A stretch of 40,143 bases of DNA from a virus (Duplodnaviria; Caudoviricetes), in IMG/VR virus record IMGVR_UViG_3300037484_000230, positions 1 to 40,143 of that record; one strand, given 5' to 3'. Position 1 is the stretch's first letter; every line of letters starts with the position of its first letter. Made by a program: the position numbers and the translations under genes. The notes below the pieces were generated by a model. That model was not told where the DNA came from. It searched no databases and was given only the letters and a program-made list of their open reading frames with translations. Shown here in pieces: positions 36,773 through 40,143 of the stretch.

Positions 36773-36997
36773 TTATTTCTTTTCTGATTTAGACATGACC
36801 TGTGTGACTTTCATCAACATGGCTCGGGCTTTGGCATTGTGCATGTCACCCATCGCTCGGTTCATATCTGCTTTCGCATGAGCCGCCTCAGCCATTTTCT
36901 CATGCTTCATAATCTTCGGATGTTTCTTTCGAGCACGGGTTTTCATCTTTTCTTGCTTATCGTAATCAGTCATAGACATAGGAGTCTCTGGTCGCAT
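36773..36997 (-). CDS. Small basic Met/Lys-rich protein ending QVMSKSEKK
   Basis: TGATG coupling. Confidence 0.62.
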   Translation of the reverse strand: MRPETPMSMTDYDKQEKMKTRARKKHPKIMKHEKMAEAAHAKADMNRAMGDMHNAKARAMLMKVTQVMSKSEKK

Positions 36998-37407
36998 CAA
37001 TCTAAATCCAATTCAGTGACATGATATAAAAATCGAGTGAACCCTGAACCATCAATGCCAAACCACCGAACACCAATGAACCATCCACTTGGCACATATG
37101 ATGAGGCATTCCCCACAAAGGTCTTAAATCGGCCAGGTGGTACACTACTTCTTGATAAAGACTCTGTACTCAGCACCGCCACGCGCTGCCCTATTTCATC
37201 TTTAATATAGAATTCCGCATCACGGGACACGCTTTGTTGATGAAACGCCCCGAGTTGCTGAATCACCCACAATTTCACATCAGGAACGATAACTTCAAGC
37301 TCAACCGCACCTGTCGAAGTTGTGTCCGTGATTCGATCAGCCAAGCAAGCAGCTTTTTTGGTTTCTTTCAGGTGGTTAAAGGCACCCAAATCAATTCGAT
37401 GAGTCAT
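36997..37407 (-). CDS. Hypothetical protein
   Basis: ORF in the late unit. Confidence 0.65.
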   Translation of the reverse strand: MTHRIDLGAFNHLKETKKAACLADRITDTTSTGAVELEVIVPDVKLWVIQQLGAFHQQSVSRDAEFYIKDEIGQRVAVLSTESLSRSSVPPGRFKTFVGNASSYVPSGWFIGVRWFGIDGSGFTRFLYHVTELDLD

Positions 37408-37482
37408 CAGGAGACCCTTCCTGCGGGGAGAACTTACCGCGTCTAAATAAGAATTACGTCCCTAGCCGAGTATACCCGGCTC

Positions 37483-38025
37483 CTATACGGCCAGCTTATC
37501 TTCTTCGGTCCATGTCAGACAGCCAGTGATAATATCTCCTACCACCGCGTTATTCGCAATCAGAATCGCAAATCCTTCACCGGGCAGAAGAATGCAGCCT
37601 GATTCAGCGCGTTTCATTTCGGTATACGGCTCCATCAAGACGACAGGAGACACGCCGACACGACGCGCGCAGTTAAAACTCCGCATCGCCGCATCAAACG
37701 CCACATCCGTCACCGTTAATGGGGATGTGCCAGAAATCGTTGCACTCCGAATGTCAAGAATTGACGAAGCGGGCTGTGTGGACAATTGTTTCGTTACCGT
37801 AATCGCCGTTCCCCCAGACGGGGTGGCCGCAGAAAACATCTTTAATTGATAAATTTGCGTGGTCGCTTCCGCTGTTCCTGTAAAACCGAGTGACACAAAA
37901 AGCTGTTTAATCTTCACGATTTTATCAGCATTCGGGTCAGTCCGAAAGGTAAAAATAGACCCAGCCGTTGTCACGGCAGAGAACTGCCCGAGTGTCAGAT
38001 CACACATATATTGGCGGAGGTTCAT
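37483..38025 (-). CDS. Beta-rich hypothetical protein, possibly virion-associated
   Basis: Thr/Ala-rich; L.PGEG...W.E C-terminal pattern. Confidence 0.7.
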   Translation of the reverse strand: MNLRQYMCDLTLGQFSAVTTAGSIFTFRTDPNADKIVKIKQLFVSLGFTGTAEATTQIYQLKMFSAATPSGGTAITVTKQLSTQPASSILDIRSATISGTSPLTVTDVAFDAAMRSFNCARRVGVSPVVLMEPYTEMKRAESGCILLPGEGFAILIANNAVVGDIITGCLTWTEEDKLAV

Positions 38026-38039
38026 CGAGTCTTCTTTCG

Positions 38040-38249
38040 TTATTTCTTGCTGCGAGAGGCCAAAGACTGCACTTTATCTTTCTCCTGCTTCTGCTGCCAC
38101 GAAGTCCGATATTTGCTGATCTCAGCTTCACTCATTCCTTTGGCCCGATACCGAGCCAAGGCTTTCGCCCACGGCGTTTCGTTCGCTTCTGCATCCGCGT
38201 CATACAACGCAGGAGTTTTTCGTGCGAGTGTCTCAATCGTTGATGCCAT
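38040..38249 (-). CDS. Small basic hypothetical protein
   Basis: AAGGA SD. Confidence 0.6.
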   Translation of the reverse strand: MASTIETLARKTPALYDADAEANETPWAKALARYRAKGMSEAEISKYRTSWQQKQEKDKVQSLASRSKK

Positions 38250-39033
38250 GATTTACTTCCTTTTCTTGGTTGTTTTTCGACGAGGTTTCCCCCCTCGGCT
38301 CTTCGAGTACGCGATAGCTACGGCCTGCTTTTGTGGATATTTCCCCTCGTGCATTAGCGTCTGCACATTCTTTGAGATCGTCTTCTGACTCTTCCCCGGA
38401 AGTAATGGCACGGGCTGATTCCTCCTGAACAGGCTCTAGGGTATCATAGTCAATCGTCTGCGCGATGACTTTCTGAGCCGGAGCCGCAAAGTTATAATTC
38501 ACGATCTTGACGTTGATGGGCTTCTTCTCAGGATCGGCTTGGTTCCCAAAACCCCGCATCTTCAGACGTTCAACAGCCGCTTTCCACTCTCCCCCGGCGG
38601 CGGCTTTCGACACCACCTGGAGGTCTTGCACATCGCATTTGGCAATCGCCGCTTGAATCAGAGACAGGAAGGCCCCGTAGATGGACCGAGGACGTGCGTG
38701 GCCCAGGGCCAACCACTCTCTGAATTCGGCAGGGCGGATGCCTGAATAGGCCGCCGCGATGTCGAGGGAGGCTCCCAATTCGAGGGCTTCAACCAATTGC
38801 TTGGTGACGCTCTCGATCTTGGCGAGTCGCTTGGTGTCTTGCCGCATCCGGTTTTGACCTGTTTTCAGAACCGTGTGGATAGATTGCTTGAACTCATCCC
38901 AGGATGGCTGCGGGGCTTTCGTCTCTTGGAGCCATCGGAAGAGTCGCGGGACATCTTGAGGACGAACCCGTTCGTCTCGTGCTCGCTGAACGACCTTTGC
39001 ACGGGCATTATAGGCTGTTAGTCCCACACCCAT
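38233..39033 (-). CDS. HTH protein, terminase small subunit-like
   Basis: L..G.....AA.Y.GI......W HTH, then A.A...AA.G.WKAA..L; upstream of TerL; GAGGTG SD before the ATG at 39033. Confidence 0.62.
   Translation of the reverse strand: MGVGLTAYNARAKVVQRARDERVRPQDVPRLFRWLQETKAPQPSWDEFKQSIHTVLKTGQNRMRQDTKRLAKIESVTKQLVEALELGASLDIAAAYSGIRPAEFREWLALGHARPRSIYGAFLSLIQAAIAKCDVQDLQVVSKAAAGGEWKAAVERLKMRGFGNQADPEKKPINVKIVNYNFAAPAQKVIAQTIDYDTLEPVQEESARAITSGEESEDDLKECADANARGEISTKAGRSYRVLEEPRGETSSKNNQEKEVNHGIND
38253..38411 (-). CDS. 52-aa basic protein (MPLLPGKSQKTISKN...YPQKQAVAIA), nested in the TerS-like ORF
   Basis: CAGGAGG SD + GTG; resembles a small-protein pattern I recall from phage packaging regions. 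Confidence 0.72.
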   Translation of the reverse strand: MPLLPGKSQKTISKNVQTLMHEGKYPQKQAVAIAYSKSRGGKPRRKTTKKRK

Positions 39034-39116
39034 CCGCAGGCACACCTCAAGCGCGTGGCCGGGTCCACCTTTTCAAGAGGTGTCCAACACCACGCGCAGA
39101 GGCGCTGCCACACAGC

Positions 39117-40094
39117 TTACGCCGCAGGAGGCAGAATCGAAGTCCCATCAGGAGAGGTCGTCGCCTTCACGACCGTCCAATTCTGATACCAGATGTCACC
39201 AGTTCCAGACACGTAATCGGTCGTGTCATAGAGACCAGCCAGGATGTTCTCCGTCACGATATTTCCGTTTCCACCTGTCAGATCAACATACAGCGCCGTG
39301 CTCGTGACCGTCCCAAAGGCATTGCCTTTGATGACCGCACAGTTCAGCGGCGAGTCGATATGGGTGGCATTCCCGAAGCTGGACACGTTCGACGGGAATC
39401 GGTTGTTTCTGATCTTCCAGTTGAGCGGATTCGCCACCGAGGTACTGGTGTTGGCAATCGCCGCTGTCGTCATGGCCTTAAATTCACAGTCTTCGACGGT
39501 CACGTTGTAGCACCCGCCGTTATCCTCTATCCCGTACTTGCCGTCCACAAACCGACAGCCATAGAAACTGGCATGGCTCGGGTCGTATTCCGATGTCCCA
39601 GAGAGGGCATTCCGTTCCATATACACGGCAGCCGCATCCACCGGGCAGTCAAACGCCACGTTGATGAATTTCCAGCCACGGCCCCGGAGTTTGAGCAACG
39701 GAGTTGCTGCGGTCGGAGACGACGGGGGACGCCACATGGAACTGCCCACCTTGTACCCCGCTGCCGGAGAATCCGGGTGATGCAAAGACCCAAGACCCAC
39801 AATGGTGATATCAAACTTCAGATGATCCCCTGTGAGTTCCTCCCGCACATCACCCCAGAAGTAGATCGTATCGAGGGTCTGAGCGGTCGAGAGGGCCTTT
39901 CCCATCGTAAGAAACGCCGTCTGCGGGGTGAGCCCGTCTGCGGTGTCAAGACCCGGATCACCCGGATCGGCATTCACGTAGTACGTGGTGCCTGCGGGAT
40001 TCCCGCCTTTGGCGAGGGCCAACTGATCGGCAAGATATGAGCCGTACTTGTTGGCCGGGTTGGACATGCTGGTACTGAGTCTGTTCGATGCCAT
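39117..40094 (-). CDS. Right-handed parallel beta-helix protein (pectate lyase/tailspike-like)
   Basis: YYV....G....DG.TP..AF.T...A cap; repeated I..N.F / V..C.F rungs; AAGGAG SD. Confidence 0.78.
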   Translation of the reverse strand: MASNRLSTSMSNPANKYGSYLADQLALAKGGNPAGTTYYVNADPGDPGLDTADGLTPQTAFLTMGKALSTAQTLDTIYFWGDVREELTGDHLKFDITIVGLGSLHHPDSPAAGYKVGSSMWRPPSSPTAATPLLKLRGRGWKFINVAFDCPVDAAAVYMERNALSGTSEYDPSHASFYGCRFVDGKYGIEDNGGCYNVTVEDCEFKAMTTAAIANTSTSVANPLNWKIRNNRFPSNVSSFGNATHIDSPLNCAVIKGNAFGTVTSTALYVDLTGGNGNIVTENILAGLYDTTDYVSGTGDIWYQNWTVVKATTSPDGTSILPPAA

Positions 40095-40143
40095 TTCTGC
40101 TGTTCTCCTTCAGATGAAAAGATGATTCCGGGTGGAGCCCCTT
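39872..40143. repeat. Right copy of the terminal direct repeat
   Basis: Matches 1-272 with 9 mismatches. Confidence 0.95.

Noticed and set aside
38904-40040. 378-aa + strand ORF
   Set aside because: Arg/His-rich antisense shadow of the beta-helix gene; repeat SNPs are silent in the - frame.
1-40143. Stop-codon reassignment, DGR, or phage RNA polymerase
   Set aside because: Core genes are full length in the standard code; no reverse transcriptase or RNA polymerase motifs seen.

Overview
The window reads as an essentially complete ~39.9 kb tailed-phage genome (podovirus-like, no integrase or repressor seen, so probably lytic). Its ends overlap in a 272-bp imperfect direct repeat. The + strand (~0.5-19.9 kb) carries early genes: an amidoligase, a class II glutamine amidotransferase, and many Zn-finger and membrane micro-ORFs. 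It then carries a replication/nucleotide module: SF4 helicase, Rnl2-like ligase, TOPRIM primase, family A polymerase with an N-terminal UDG-like domain, endonuclease VII, SleB-like hydrolase, Cas4-like and DEDD nucleases, resolvase, MazG-like, DUF5664, HAD, SLOG and DUF4326. The - strand carries one late unit from a consensus sigma70 promoter at 443-471: tRNA-Ala, tRNA-Thr, a beta-helix protein, TerS-like, TerL, P22-like portal, scaffold, coat, gp4 and gp10, His-rich fibre genes, three ejection proteins, a tail fibre and a holin. Unexplained signals: a phased 13-bp repeat array with a large inverted repeat (874-1070); a ~540-nt cluster of structured non-coding modules (7042-7580); a T-loop-bearing RNA-like element (681-761); a tRNA-Ala with C33 and an A54/U58 T-loop; two tandem small proteins sharing a synonymously recoded C-terminus (QVMSKSEKK); and a nested gene inside the TerS-like ORF. 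All family calls come from motifs recognised by eye; no database search was run.
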